Positions 41,457 to 53,088 of a DNA stretch of 64,000 nt are shown here, one piece after another. The position numbers and the translations under genes are program-made. Numbering within the stretch: the stretch's first letter is position 1; the number at the start of each line of letters is the position of its first letter. Location: positions 23,910 through 87,909 of the forward strand of contig CAVTJD010000004.1 of assembly GCA_963734995.1 (NCBI GenBank), written 5' to 3'. The notes beneath the pieces were generated by a model that saw nothing but the letters and a program-made list of their open reading frames with translations, did not search any database and was not told the DNA's origin. This DNA comes from an uncultured Chloroflexia bacterium (GTDB lineage: Bacteria; Chloroflexota; Limnocylindria; Limnocylindrales; CSP1-4).

Positions 41457-42521
41457 ATGGCGCGTCGCGTGCGTCGCTCCAGCGGCCCCCTGGACCTCCG
41501 CTCCCAGGCGATCCTCCGGGCCGTCATCGAGGAATACATCACGACCGCCACACCGGTCGGCAGCCAGGCGCTCGTCGACCGGTATCGGCTGGGTGTGTCC
41601 AGCGCGACCGTGCGCGCCATCCTGGCGGAGCTCGAGGCCGCCGGCCTCCTGACGCATCCGCACACGTCGGCCGGTCGCGTGCCCACCGAGCATGGCTATC
41701 GCTACTACGTGGAGGCCATCACCGAGAGCGCCCCGCTCGAGCCGGTGGAGCAGCTGATGATCCGCCACCAGTTCGGCCAGGTCGAGTACGCGAGCGAGCA
41801 ATGGTTCCGGCTGGCGGCGACCACGCTGGCGTCCCTGACCCGGTCGGCGGGACTGGCCACCTCGGCCAAGCCGCGCTCCGCGCACCTGCGCCACCTGGAC
41901 CTGGTCTCCATCAGCGAGCGCAACGCGAGCCTCATCCTCGTGCTGCGCGAGGGCGCCCTCAAGCAGGTGCTGTTCGCGCTTGACGAGCCGGCCGAGCAGC
42001 ACGAGCTGACGAATGTCGCGAACTACCTCAACGAGATTCTGGACGGGCTCACCGCACGCGACGCGCAGCGAGTGCTCGACGAGCTGGATCCGGCGGTCCC
42101 GGGCCTGGCCCTGCCACGCCAGGTCGGGGCGCGGATCGTGCACGCGCTCAGCGAGTTCGACGCGGCCGCGATCGAGGAGCTGTTCTCGGATGGCCTGCTC
42201 AACGTGATGGCGGCGCCGGAGTTCGCCGAGAGCGAGAAGCTGCGTCGCGTGTTCGCGGCGCTCGAGAACCGTGCCTACCTCGCGCAGCTCATCGCCGGTG
42301 TCTCGGGCTCGAACCGGGTCCGGGTGTTCATCGGGCACGAGAACCCGGCCGAGGAGATGGCTGACGTGTCGCTCGTGCTCGCCCCGTACGGCAACCCGGG
42401 GCGTGCTGTCGGCGTGGTCGGGGTGCTCGGTCCGACCCGCATGGCCTACCCGCAGGCGATCGGTACCGTGCGCTTCGTGTCCGGTCTCATGAACGAGCTC
42501 GTCGACCACCTCTACGCCTGA
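41457..42521 (+). CDS. hrcA: heat-inducible transcription repressor HrcA
   Basis: N-terminal winged HTH RSQAILRAVIEEYITTATPVGSQAL; HrcA C-terminal domain. Confidence 0.9.
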   Translation: MARRVRRSSGPLDLRSQAILRAVIEEYITTATPVGSQALVDRYRLGVSSATVRAILAELEAAGLLTHPHTSAGRVPTEHGYRYYVEAITESAPLEPVEQLMIRHQFGQVEYASEQWFRLAATTLASLTRSAGLATSAKPRSAHLRHLDLVSISERNASLILVLREGALKQVLFALDEPAEQHELTNVANYLNEILDGLTARDAQRVLDELDPAVPGLALPRQVGARIVHALSEFDAAAIEELFSDGLLNVMAAPEFAESEKLRRVFAALENRAYLAQLIAGVSGSNRVRVFIGHENPAEEMADVSLVLAPYGNPGRAVGVVGVLGPTRMAYPQAIGTVRFVSGLMNELVDHLYA

Positions 42522-43138
42522 TGGCGCCAGCGACAACGATGACCAATCGACCCCCCAGCCACCGGAGACCCATGACCCGCAAGACCCGTGCCGAGGAGCG
42601 AATCGAGGCCATCGACACCTCCCCGGCCAAGCTCACCGAACAGATCGAGGCGCTGCGCGCAGAGCTTGACGAGCAGGCGGCCAAGGCCGACGAGTACCTG
42701 CTTGCTCTCCAGCGCGAGCGCGCCGAGTTCACCAACTTCCGGCGCCGAACGGCCGAGGAGCGCGAGCGTCTGCTCGGGCTGGCCGGCGAGGACCTGATCC
42801 GCAAGGTGCTCGCCCTGGCCGACGACTTCGACCTTGCCATCGAGAGCCGCCCACCTGAGCTTGGCGAGGATGCCTGGGCCGAGGGTGTCGCCGCGATCGA
42901 CCGCAAGCTGCGCACCCTGCTCGAGAGCGAGGGTGTGACGGCCGTCGAGGCGTCGCCCGGTACGCCGTTCGATCCGCGTGAGCACGAGGCCGTGGCGAGC
43001 GTGCCGGGCACGGGCCGCGCCGATGGCGAGATCGTGGACGAGATCCGGCGTGGCTACCGGCTCCGGGACCGGGTCATCCGGCCGGCGCTGGTGGCGGTCG
43101 CGGCCGCCGGCGATGGCCGGGACGGCCCAGTCAACTGA
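42521..43138 (+). CDS. grpE: nucleotide exchange factor GrpE
   Basis: Coiled-coil [33 protein letters not shown] and C-terminal beta-domain; 1-nt overlap with hrcA stop. Confidence 0.9.
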   Translation: MAPATTMTNRPPSHRRPMTRKTRAEERIEAIDTSPAKLTEQIEALRAELDEQAAKADEYLLALQRERAEFTNFRRRTAEERERLLGLAGEDLIRKVLALADDFDLAIESRPPELGEDAWAEGVAAIDRKLRTLLESEGVTAVEASPGTPFDPREHEAVASVPGTGRADGEIVDEIRRGYRLRDRVIRPALVAVAAAGDGRDGPVN

Positions 43139-43209
43139 CCCAACGCACCAACCATCCAACCCCCAAGCGCGTTCCACAACGACACCAACGACCAGGAGAG
43201 GCTCCCCGA

Positions 43210-45153
<1,944 letters not shown>

Positions 45154-45178
45154 CCTCCAGGTTTCACGCGCATCTCAC

Positions 45179-45205
45179 GGCCCGCCGGCAACCTGCCGGC
45201 GGGCC
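45179..45205 (+). terminator. hairpin terminator after dnaK
   Basis: GGCCCGCCGGCA-ACC-TGCCGGCGGGCC 12-bp stem; followed by duplicated CCGGCGGGCCGTTCCTC. Confidence 0.5.
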
Positions 45206-45321
45206 GTTCCTCATACCGGCGGGCCGTTCCTCCTCCAAGCGATTGCATCCCGGTGACCGCCGCGGGCCGGGTCCCGATCCTCGCCGGCGTCCAGGCAGGG
45301 ACTGGCCGCTAAACGTGCGCG

Positions 45322-45350
45322 TTGACAGTATCACGTTGTTCGGGCTACGA
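45322..45350 (+). promoter_or_regulatory. promoter-like TTGACA-17-TACGAT upstream of tetR
   Basis: Hexamers with 17-bp spacer; flanked by AACGTG/CACGTT inverted repeat. Confidence 0.45.
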
Positions 45351-45362
45351 TCCGAGGTAACC

Positions 45363-45386
45363 GACCGACCGACCGGTCGGTCGGTC
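45363..45386. promoter_or_regulatory. 24-bp perfect palindrome (GACC)3(GGTC)3, candidate TetR auto-operator
   Basis: GACCGACCGACCGGTCGGTCGGTC between promoter and tetR start. Confidence 0.55.
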
Positions 45387-45407
45387 CACACCCGAACGAA
45401 GGTTTCG

Positions 45408-46070
45408 ATGACCAAGCCAGACCCGGCCGAGCAGAGCAGGAACCGCCGCGAACGGATCCTCGATGCCGCGTTCCACGCGTTCGCGACACGTGGCTACCGG
45501 GACACGGCCGTGGACGACATCGCCGGTGCTGCCGAGACGTCCAAGGGCGGCATCTACTTCCACTTCCCGAACAAGGAATCGATCTTTCGCGAGCTGATGG
45601 ACACGACCGCGGACAAGCTGGTCGGGCGGGTCGAGCGCGCGGTGGCCCTCGAGGACGAGCCCGTCGCGCGCGCCGATGCCGCGCTGCACGCGGTGCTGAC
45701 GACGTTTGCCGGCCACCGGACGATGGCGCGGCTGCTGTTCCTGGACACGATGGGCGCGGGCCGCGTGTTCCAGGCCGAGACCAATGCGCTCCACGAGCGG
45801 TTCACGCGCCTCATCCAGGGCTACCTCGATGAGGCCGTTGCGTCGGGGGCGATCCCACCGATCGACACGCGCATCGCGAGCATCGCCTGGTTCGGCGCCC
45901 TGAACGAGGTCGTCGCGCGCTGGCTGCTCGCGGACCACCCCGAGCGCCTGGAGGACGCGTACCCGGCGCTGCGTGCCGTGCTGCTCCGGAGCGTCGGCGT
46001 CGGCGAGGGGCGGATCGGGGAGCTGCCGCCGCTGGATCCCGCGCGCGACTTCCCGGAGGCCGTCCGGTGA
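45408..46070 (+). CDS. TetR/AcrR family transcriptional regulator
   Basis: HTH YRDTAVDDIAGAAETSKGGIYFHFPNKESIF. Confidence 0.85.
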   Translation: MTKPDPAEQSRNRRERILDAAFHAFATRGYRDTAVDDIAGAAETSKGGIYFHFPNKESIFRELMDTTADKLVGRVERAVALEDEPVARADAALHAVLTTFAGHRTMARLLFLDTMGAGRVFQAETNALHERFTRLIQGYLDEAVASGAIPPIDTRIASIAWFGALNEVVARWLLADHPERLEDAYPALRAVLLRSVGVGEGRIGELPPLDPARDFPEAVR

Positions 46071-46143
46071 CGCACGAGCCGCAGACCCGGCCGGCCGCGC
46101 CGCGAGGCCCGCGGGTGACGGCACGGGACGTGGGCCGCGCCGC

Positions 46144-47583
46144 GTGACCGTCCGAGACCCGGCCGAGGCTGGTCTGGCAGAGCGTCTGGGCGACCTGCTC
46201 GATGCGCCGGCGTCGGCCGCATCCGAAGGGCTGGTCGCAACGACGCAGCCTGTCGACGCCCTCGATCCGATCACGCTGTTCGCGGTTGCTGCCGAGAACG
46301 GCCTCGACGTATCGCTGTGGCTGCAGCCGGCCGCGGGGCTCGCGCTGGTGGGGGTCGGGCGAGCCTGGGGAATCGAGCCCGACGGTCCGGATCGGTTCGC
46401 CGTGGCCGAGCGCGCCTGGCGCGACCTGGTGCGCGATGCGCGGGTCGACCGGTCCGAACCGGAACCGGTCGCCGGACCGCTGCTGCTGGGTGGCCTCGGG
46501 TTCTCGGGTCGCACGCCCGCGGCGGCCGGCCCCTGGGGCTCGTTCGGCGCCGCATCCCTGGTCCTGCCGGACCTGGGCTATGCGTCCGCCGGCGGCCGAT
46601 CCTGGCTGACGGCGTCGCTGGTCGGATCGGCCGCGCACCCTCGCGAGGCTCGCCGGCTGGAACGAACCTGGGACGGGCTGCGCGCCCGTGCGCGCGAGCT
46701 GGCTCCAAGCCCGAACGGGATCGTTGCTCGCCCGGTCTTCGCCCCACTCTCGATCATCGGGGAGCAGCCGGACCAGGCGGCCTGGCACCGGCTGGTCGGG
46801 ATGCTGGCAGGCGCGGTCGGACGCGGACGCCTGGACAAGGTGGTCCTCGCGCGGCAGGTCGATCTTCGATCGCCGGTCGAGCTCGATGTCGCGAACGCGC
46901 TGCGCCGGCTGGCGGCCAGCGCCCCCGAGAGCACGATCTACGCGTTCCGTCGCGGTGAAGCGACCTTCCTGGGCGCCACCCCCGAGCGGCTGGTGCGGAC
47001 CGAGGGACGGCGGTTCCGAACGATGGCGGTGGCCGGCACGATCGGTCGCGGTGTCGATGCTGCGGCGGACGCGGCACTGGCGGCCGAGCTGCTCGCATCC
47101 GACAAGAACCGCGAGGAGCATGCCATCGTGGCCGGCTGGATCCGGGATCTTCTGGCACCGCTTGCCGAGACCCTCGAGGTTGCGCCCGAACCGGTGATCA
47201 TGCCGCTGCGCTTCGTGCAGCACCTCGCGACCGAGATCACGGGCACGCTGCCGGACGCCCACGGGCTGCTCGATCTGGGCGGCCGCCTCCATCCGACCCC
47301 CGCCGTCGGCGGCCAGCCACGCGACCTGGCTCTCGAGCTGCTGGACGAGCACGAGGGGTTCGACCGCGGCTGGTACGCGGGCCCGGTGGGCTGGCTCGGC
47401 GTCGACGGTGACGGCGAGCTGTGCGTTGCGTTGCGGTGCGGGATCGTGGAGCGGACGCGAGCCACGCTGTTCGCCGGCTGCGGGATCGTGGCCGACTCGG
47501 ACCCCGATGCCGAATGGGAGGAGTCCCGGATCAAGCTGCGGGCCGTGGTGGCCGCGCTGGGGCGCCTGGAGGATGAAGGGTGA
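46144..47583 (+). CDS. menF: isochorismate synthase (menaquinone-specific)
   Basis: Chorismate-binding fold: motifs RTMAVAGT, AGCGIVADSDPDAEWEE; GTG start chosen after tetR stop (ORF extends upstream in-frame into tetR). Confidence 0.75.
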   Translation: MTVRDPAEAGLAERLGDLLDAPASAASEGLVATTQPVDALDPITLFAVAAENGLDVSLWLQPAAGLALVGVGRAWGIEPDGPDRFAVAERAWRDLVRDARVDRSEPEPVAGPLLLGGLGFSGRTPAAAGPWGSFGAASLVLPDLGYASAGGRSWLTASLVGSAAHPREARRLERTWDGLRARARELAPSPNGIVARPVFAPLSIIGEQPDQAAWHRLVGMLAGAVGRGRLDKVVLARQVDLRSPVELDVANALRRLAASAPESTIYAFRRGEATFLGATPERLVRTEGRRFRTMAVAGTIGRGVDAAADAALAAELLASDKNREEHAIVAGWIRDLLAPLAETLEVAPEPVIMPLRFVQHLATEITGTLPDAHGLLDLGGRLHPTPAVGGQPRDLALELLDEHEGFDRGWYAGPVGWLGVDGDGELCVALRCGIVERTRATLFAGCGIVADSDPDAEWEESRIKLRAVVAALGRLEDEG

Positions 47584-49343
47584 GCGACGCGTCGCTCCTC
47601 CGCGCGTTCGTGGGCGAGCTGGTCGCGGCCGGGGTGCGTGACGCGATCGTGTGCCCGGGGTCGCGGTCGACGCCCCTCGCGCTGGCGCTGCGTGGCGCCG
47701 ACGACATCCGCGTCCGCGTCCTCCTCGACGAGCGGTCGGCCGGGTTCCTTGCCCTGGGCATGGCGCGGACCGCGCGACGCCCGGTGGTGTTGCTGGCGAC
47801 GTCGGGCACCGCCAATGTCGAGCTCGCGCCGGCCGTCGTCGAGGCGTCGCTCTCGCGCGTGCCGCTGGTGGTGCTCACCTCCGACCGACCCCCGGAGCTT
47901 CGCGACCGTGGCGCCCCCCAGACGATCGACCAGGCGCGCCTGTACGGGTCGGCTGCCAAGTGGTACGCGGAGCTGCCGCTGGCCGATGGCGAGCCCGTCA
48001 CCCTGGCGCACGTCCGATCCGTGGTGGGCCGCGCGGTGGCTACCGCGGTCGCCGGTCCGGCGGGGCCCGTCCAGGTCAACGTCCCGTTCCGCGAGCCGCT
48101 GCTGCCTGACGGGCCGGTGGTCCTCGCGACGGGCGATGCGCCGGCGGAGCCGTTCACCGCGAACATGGTCGGCCGGCGGGTGCTCGATGAGGGGTCCATC
48201 GACCGGCTCGCGTCGAGGATCGAGGGACGGCCGAGGCGCGGCCTGATCGTCGCAGGCCCGGACGACGATCCGCGGCTGGCCGTGGCCCTCCCCCGGCTCG
48301 CCGAGGCGACCGGCTTCCCGATCCTCGCCGACCCGCTGTCGGGGCTGCGGGCCGGTTCCCATGATCGGGCGATGGTGATCGCGCGCGGGGACCAGCTGTG
48401 CCGCCCGGGACCCTGGATCGAGGCGCACATTCCGGAGCTCGTGATCCGCACGGGCGCCATGCCCACCTCCAAGCCGATCGTGGAGCTGCTGGCCAGGGCA
48501 CGACCGGAGCTGATCGTCCTCGACGGCGATGCGGGCTGGCGCGAGTCGGCCGTCATCCCGGCGACGTTCGTCCATGCGGACCCGGCAACGACGGCCGAGG
48601 CGTTGGCCCGGCGGCTCGGCCCGGGGCGGGCAGGCACGGTGTGGAGCTCGGATTGGCGGCGCGCGGACGATGCAGCCGACGAGGCGATGACCTCCTGGCT
48701 CGCGAGGCTGGACGAGCCCTTCGAGGGGGCGCCGTTTCCCGCGCTCGCCGAGGCGCTTCCGGATGGCGCCGTGCTGTGGGCCGGTAACTCGATGCCGGTG
48801 CGCGACCTCGACGGCTGGCTGCCCTCGACCGATCGATCGATCACGATCCGTGCCAATCGCGGCGCGATGGGGATCGACGGGGTGGTCTCGACCGCCCTTG
48901 GCTCGGCGGCCGTCGCTCCGGGGCCGGTGGCTCTCGTCGTGGGCGACCTGTCGTTCCTCCACGATCTGAACGCGCTGGTCGCCGCCCGGCTGCATGACCT
49001 GTCCGCGACGATCGTGCTCGTCGACAACGACGGCGGCGGGATCTTCTCGTTCCTGCCCCAGGCGCAGCCGTCCGCCGCCACACCCGGGACGGGGCTTCCC
49101 GAGCACTACGAGGAGCTGTTCGGGACGCCGCACGGGATCGACGTCGGTCCGATCGTGGCGGCGCTCGGCGGCGAGCACCGGGTCGTCGGTCACCGCGAGC
49201 TCGGGGCGGAGATCCGGCACAGCCTCGGGCGCCCGGGTGTCCGCGTGCTCGAGCTGCGGACCGATCGGGCGCGCAACGTCGAGCTCCATCGCGAGGTCGA
49301 GGCGCTGGTTCATGTCGCCATCGGCCACGGGGCCGTCGCGTGA
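47580..49343 (+). CDS. menD: SEPHCHC synthase (2-succinyl-5-enolpyruvyl-6-hydroxy-3-cyclohexene-1-carboxylate synthase)
   Basis: ThDP enzyme; N-terminus [28 protein letters not shown] typical of MenD; 4-nt overlap with menF. Confidence 0.85.
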   Translation: MSDASLLRAFVGELVAAGVRDAIVCPGSRSTPLALALRGADDIRVRVLLDERSAGFLALGMARTARRPVVLLATSGTANVELAPAVVEASLSRVPLVVLTSDRPPELRDRGAPQTIDQARLYGSAAKWYAELPLADGEPVTLAHVRSVVGRAVATAVAGPAGPVQVNVPFREPLLPDGPVVLATGDAPAEPFTANMVGRRVLDEGSIDRLASRIEGRPRRGLIVAGPDDDPRLAVALPRLAEATGFPILADPLSGLRAGSHDRAMVIARGDQLCRPGPWIEAHIPELVIRTGAMPTSKPIVELLARARPELIVLDGDAGWRESAVIPATFVHADPATTAEALARRLGPGRAGTVWSSDWRRADDAADEAMTSWLARLDEPFEGAPFPALAEALPDGAVLWAGNSMPVRDLDGWLPSTDRSITIRANRGAMGIDGVVSTALGSAAVAPGPVALVVGDLSFLHDLNALVAARLHDLSATIVLVDNDGGGIFSFLPQAQPSAATPGTGLPEHYEELFGTPHGIDVGPIVAALGGEHRVVGHRELGAEIRHSLGRPGVRVLELRTDRARNVELHREVEALVHVAIGHGAVA

Positions 49344-50164
49344 CCCGGATCGCCGTCAACGGCGCGCGCTACGAGGTCCGGATCGCGGGTCACGGGCCGG
49401 CGATCCTGCTGCTCCACGGGTTCACCGGCCGAGGCGCCGACTGGGGCCCGTTCCTGCCCGCCCTGCGCACCGGCCGGACCACGGTCGCGGTCGATCTGCT
49501 CGGACACGGCAGGTCCGACGCGCCGGCCGCTCCGGCCCGCCACGAGCTGGCGGCCCAGGCCGCGGATCTGGCCGCCATCCTGATCGATCGGCAGCTGGCG
49601 CCCGCGATCGTGCTCGGCTACTCGTTCGGCGCCCGTGTCGCCCTCAGGCTCGCCGCCGATCGCCCGGACGTCGTTGGGGCGCTCGCGCTCGAGAGCCCGT
49701 CGGCCGGTATCGAGGACCCGGCGGCCCGCGCCCGTCGCCGTGCCGAGGACGAACGTCTGGCCGAAGCGATCGAGCGGGACGGCATCGCGGCCTTCGTCGA
49801 TCGCTGGTGGGCGACGGCGGCCGTGTTCGCCTCCGAGCAGGCGCTTCCGGTTTCGACGAGGAGCCATCTTCGAGCGCAGCGCCTGCGCAACCGGCCCGCT
49901 GGTCTCGCGGCGTCACTCCGGGGCGCAGGCCAGGGCGCCATGGAGCCGCTGCATGCACGCCTGCCCGCGATCCGGGTGCCTGCACTCGTCCTTGCCGGCT
50001 CGCTCGATCCCACCGGTGCCGCCCGCGCCCGCGAGGTCGCCGGGTGCCTGCCCGCAGGGCGGATCACCATCATCGACGGGGCCGGCCACGCCCCGCACCG
50101 CGAGACGCCGGCCGCGTTCCGGCGAGCCATCCTCGACTTCCTCCAGGAGGTGCCAGCTCCATGA
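49340..50164 (+). CDS. menH: SHCHC synthase (alpha/beta hydrolase)
   Basis: alpha/beta hydrolase [23 protein letters not shown] nucleophile elbow; position between menD and menB. Confidence 0.8.
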   Translation: MTRIAVNGARYEVRIAGHGPAILLLHGFTGRGADWGPFLPALRTGRTTVAVDLLGHGRSDAPAAPARHELAAQAADLAAILIDRQLAPAIVLGYSFGARVALRLAADRPDVVGALALESPSAGIEDPAARARRRAEDERLAEAIERDGIAAFVDRWWATAAVFASEQALPVSTRSHLRAQRLRNRPAGLAASLRGAGQGAMEPLHARLPAIRVPALVLAGSLDPTGAARAREVAGCLPAGRITIIDGAGHAPHRETPAAFRRAILDFLQEVPAP

Positions 50165-50991
50165 CCGACGCCGTCGCCTGGACGCCCGTCGCCGAGTACC
50201 ACGACATCCGCTACGAGCACTCCGGAACCGGGATCGCGAAGGTCACGATCAACCGGCCGGAGGTGCGCAACGCGTTCCGACCCCAGACCGTGCAGGAGCT
50301 GATCGACGCCTTCGCTCGCATTCGCGACGACGCCGGCATCGGCTGCGTCCTGCTCACGGGCGAAGGTGACAGGGCGTTCTGCTCGGGCGGCGACCAGCGC
50401 TACAAGCGCCAGTCGGGTGGCTACGTCGGCGATGACGGCATCGCCCGGCTCAACGTGCTCGACCTGCAACGCCAGATCCGCTCCCTACCGATCCCGGTGA
50501 TCGCGCTCGTCAACGGCTACGCGATCGGCGGTGGCCACGTGCTCCACGTGGTGTGCGACATGTCGATCGCGTCCGACAACGCGATCTTCGGCCAGGTCGG
50601 TCCGAAGGTCGGGAGCTTCGATGCCGGGTTCGGCGTGGGGCTGCTCGCGCGGCTGGTGGGCGACAAGAAGGCCAAGGAGATCTGGTTCCTGTGCCGTCAG
50701 TACTCGGCCCAGGAGGCGCTCGACATGCACCTGGTCAACAAGGTCGTCCCGCTGGCGGACCTGGAAGCCGAGGGCGTGGCCTGGGCGAACGAGATCCTGG
50801 AGATGAGCCCGACGGCGATCCGGTTCCTCAAGTCGGCGTTCCTGGTCGCCACCGACGGGCTGGCCGGGCTCCAGGAGTTCGCGGGCAACGCAACCGGCCT
50901 GTTCTACACGACCGACGAGGCGCACGAGGGTTCCCGGGCCTTCCTCGAGAAGCGGCCCACCGAGTACTCGAAGTATCCGAGGCGGCCTTGA
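50161..50991 (+). CDS. menB: 1,4-dihydroxy-2-naphthoyl-CoA synthase
   Basis: Crotonase fold; [28 protein letters not shown]; ATGA overlap with menH. Confidence 0.9.
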   Translation: MTDAVAWTPVAEYHDIRYEHSGTGIAKVTINRPEVRNAFRPQTVQELIDAFARIRDDAGIGCVLLTGEGDRAFCSGGDQRYKRQSGGYVGDDGIARLNVLDLQRQIRSLPIPVIALVNGYAIGGGHVLHVVCDMSIASDNAIFGQVGPKVGSFDAGFGVGLLARLVGDKKAKEIWFLCRQYSAQEALDMHLVNKVVPLADLEAEGVAWANEILEMSPTAIRFLKSAFLVATDGLAGLQEFAGNATGLFYTTDEAHEGSRAFLEKRPTEYSKYPRRP

Positions 50992-51938
50992 GCCAGCCTG
51001 CCGCACCGGCGGCGGCTCCGTCCGCGGCCCGGCCGTCACCCGTCCGGATCTGGCTGCTGGCCGCCCGCCCGGCGACGCTGCCGGCCGCGCTTGCGGGGGT
51101 GGTGGTCGGGATCGGTGCGGCCCTGGGTGTCGGTGGCCAGCTGCGGATCGATACCGCGCTCGGCTGCGTGGCCGTCGCACTGCTGCTCCAGGTGGTCGCC
51201 AACTTCGCGAACGACCTGTCCGACTTCCGGCGCGGCGCGGATACGCCGGATCGCTCGGGGCCCGTGCGGGTCGCCGCCGCCGGTCTGGTGACCGAGCGCC
51301 AGCTCGAGGTCGCGATCGCGATCACGATCGGGGTCGCGGGCGTGATCGGGCTGTGGCTCGCGTACGTCGGCGGGCCGGTGCTGATCCTGCTGGGGGTGCT
51401 CGCGGTGGTGGCCGCGCTCGCCTACACCGGTGGTCCGCTCCCGTACGGCTATCGGGGCCTGGGCGAGGTGTTCGTCTTCGTGTTCTTCGGGCTGGTCGCC
51501 GTGATCGGCACGGCCTATCTCCAGGTGCTCCGCCTGGAGCCCGTGTTCGTCGCGGCGGCGATCCCGGCCGGAGCGCTGATCACCGCGATCCTGGTGATCA
51601 ACAACCTGCGGGACATCCCCACCGATCGGGCCGCGGGCAAGCGCACGCTGGCGGTGATGCTGGGCGTCGAGGGCACGCGGATCGAGTACGCGGTGCTGCT
51701 CGTGGTGGCATTCCTGGTGCCGATCGGGCTGGTCGTGGAAGGATGGTCGGCGTGGGCGCTGACGCCGCTGCTGTCGCTGCCGCTGACATGGCCGCTGCTC
51801 CGGACCGTCTGGCGCTTCCGGGAGCCTCGGGAGCTCAACCCGGTGCTCAAGGGCACGGCCAGGCTCTCCCTGTTGTTCGCGATCCTGTTCGCGATCGGGC
51901 TGGCCCTGGGCGCGCCGGGCCTGGGCTCGGCGATATGA
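50988..51938 (+). CDS. menA: 1,4-dihydroxy-2-naphthoate polyprenyltransferase (UbiA family)
   Basis: UbiA motifs [15 protein letters not shown] and multiple TM helices; start codon uncertain (TTG overlapping menB stop; no in-frame ATG). Confidence 0.75.
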   Translation: MSQPAAPAAAPSAARPSPVRIWLLAARPATLPAALAGVVVGIGAALGVGGQLRIDTALGCVAVALLLQVVANFANDLSDFRRGADTPDRSGPVRVAAAGLVTERQLEVAIAITIGVAGVIGLWLAYVGGPVLILLGVLAVVAALAYTGGPLPYGYRGLGEVFVFVFFGLVAVIGTAYLQVLRLEPVFVAAAIPAGALITAILVINNLRDIPTDRAAGKRTLAVMLGVEGTRIEYAVLLVVAFLVPIGLVVEGWSAWALTPLLSLPLTWPLLRTVWRFREPRELNPVLKGTARLSLLFAILFAIGLALGAPGLGSAI

Positions 51939-51948
51939 GCGCACGCTC

Positions 51949-53088
51949 GTGAGCGAGATCGTCTCGATCCGCGCCGACCGGGTAGCGCTGCCGTTCCGCC
52001 GCCCGTTTCCCACCTCGACCGGCATGTGGGTCGAGCGCGAGACGTGGCTGCTCAGGGTCACCGACCGGGACGGGCGAACCGGGTACGGCGAGGCCGTGCT
52101 CGAACCCGACGATGGCGAGACGGCGGCGACGGTGCTGCGGCTGCTGATCCGGGACGTGGCGGAGCATGCCGCGACCGGACGCCTTCCCCGGCCGGACGAG
52201 CTCGAGGGTCATGGGCGCCCGGGCCGGTCGCTGCGCGCGGCGCTCGATGGTGCGGCGCTCGACCTGCGGACCTCGCCGGCGGCGTCGCTCACCGCGGATG
52301 GGGCGGGGGTGGGTGTCAACGCGACGCTCCCGGCGCTGGGACCGGCGGCATCGGCCGAGGCGGCGCGACAGGCCGTGGCGGCGGGCTTCCGAACGCTCAA
52401 GATCAAGGTGGGCGCCGAGCGCGAGACGGTGACGCTCACCGACCGGGTGGGTGCGGTCCGGTCCGCGGTCGGGCCCGACGTCCGGATCCGCCTGGACGCG
52501 AACGGCGCCTGGGATCCCGAGACGGCGAGCGAACGCCTGGCGGGTGTGGCGCGGTTCGAGCCCGAGTACGTGGAGCAGCCGCTGGCCGGCGACGATCCGG
52601 CGCTCCTCGCGGCGCTGCGGCGTCGCGCCCGGGTGCCGATCGCAGCGGACGAATCGGTGGCCTCGCTGCGCGCGGCGAGGGACCTCCTCGAGGCGGATGC
52701 CGTTGATGTGCTGGTGGTCAAACCGTCGCGCGTGGGCGGCCCGGTCGTGGTCGCGGAGATCGCCGCGATGGCCGCTGACCGTGGCGTGCCGGTGGTCGTG
52801 AGCACGCTGTTCGAGACGGGCATCGGGATCGCCGCCGCGCTGGCGCAGGCGGCCGCCCTGCCCGACGTGGCTGGCGGCGAGCCCGATGCCGACGATGGGA
52901 GGGAACGTGACCATGGGCTGGCGACCGCGGGGCTGCTCGAGCACGACCTGCTGCTCGATGGCCTGCCGGTCGAGGACGGGCGGATGCGGCTGCCCGACCC
53001 GGTGCCTGGCGGTGGGCTGGGGATCCGGCTCGACGAGCGGGCCGTGGAACGCTACCGGACGGAGTCGATCGAGGCGGTTGGCCGGTGA
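51949..53088 (+). CDS. menC: o-succinylbenzoate synthase (enolase superfamily)
   Basis: MR/MLE family: KIKVG, IRLDANGAWD, EYVEQP; GTG start. Confidence 0.8.
   Translation: MSEIVSIRADRVALPFRRPFPTSTGMWVERETWLLRVTDRDGRTGYGEAVLEPDDGETAATVLRLLIRDVAEHAATGRLPRPDELEGHGRPGRSLRAALDGAALDLRTSPAASLTADGAGVGVNATLPALGPAASAEAARQAVAAGFRTLKIKVGAERETVTLTDRVGAVRSAVGPDVRIRLDANGAWDPETASERLAGVARFEPEYVEQPLAGDDPALLAALRRRARVPIAADESVASLRAARDLLEADAVDVLVVKPSRVGGPVVVAEIAAMAADRGVPVVVSTLFETGIGIAAALAQAAALPDVAGGEPDADDGRERDHGLATAGLLEHDLLLDGLPVEDGRMRLPDPVPGGGLGIRLDERAVERYRTESIEAVGR

Noticed and set aside
39189-42536. 1115-aa minus-strand ORF antisense to hemW, dcyD and hrcA
   Set aside because: Antisense to three well-supported genes and a CIRCE element. 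No domain signatures.
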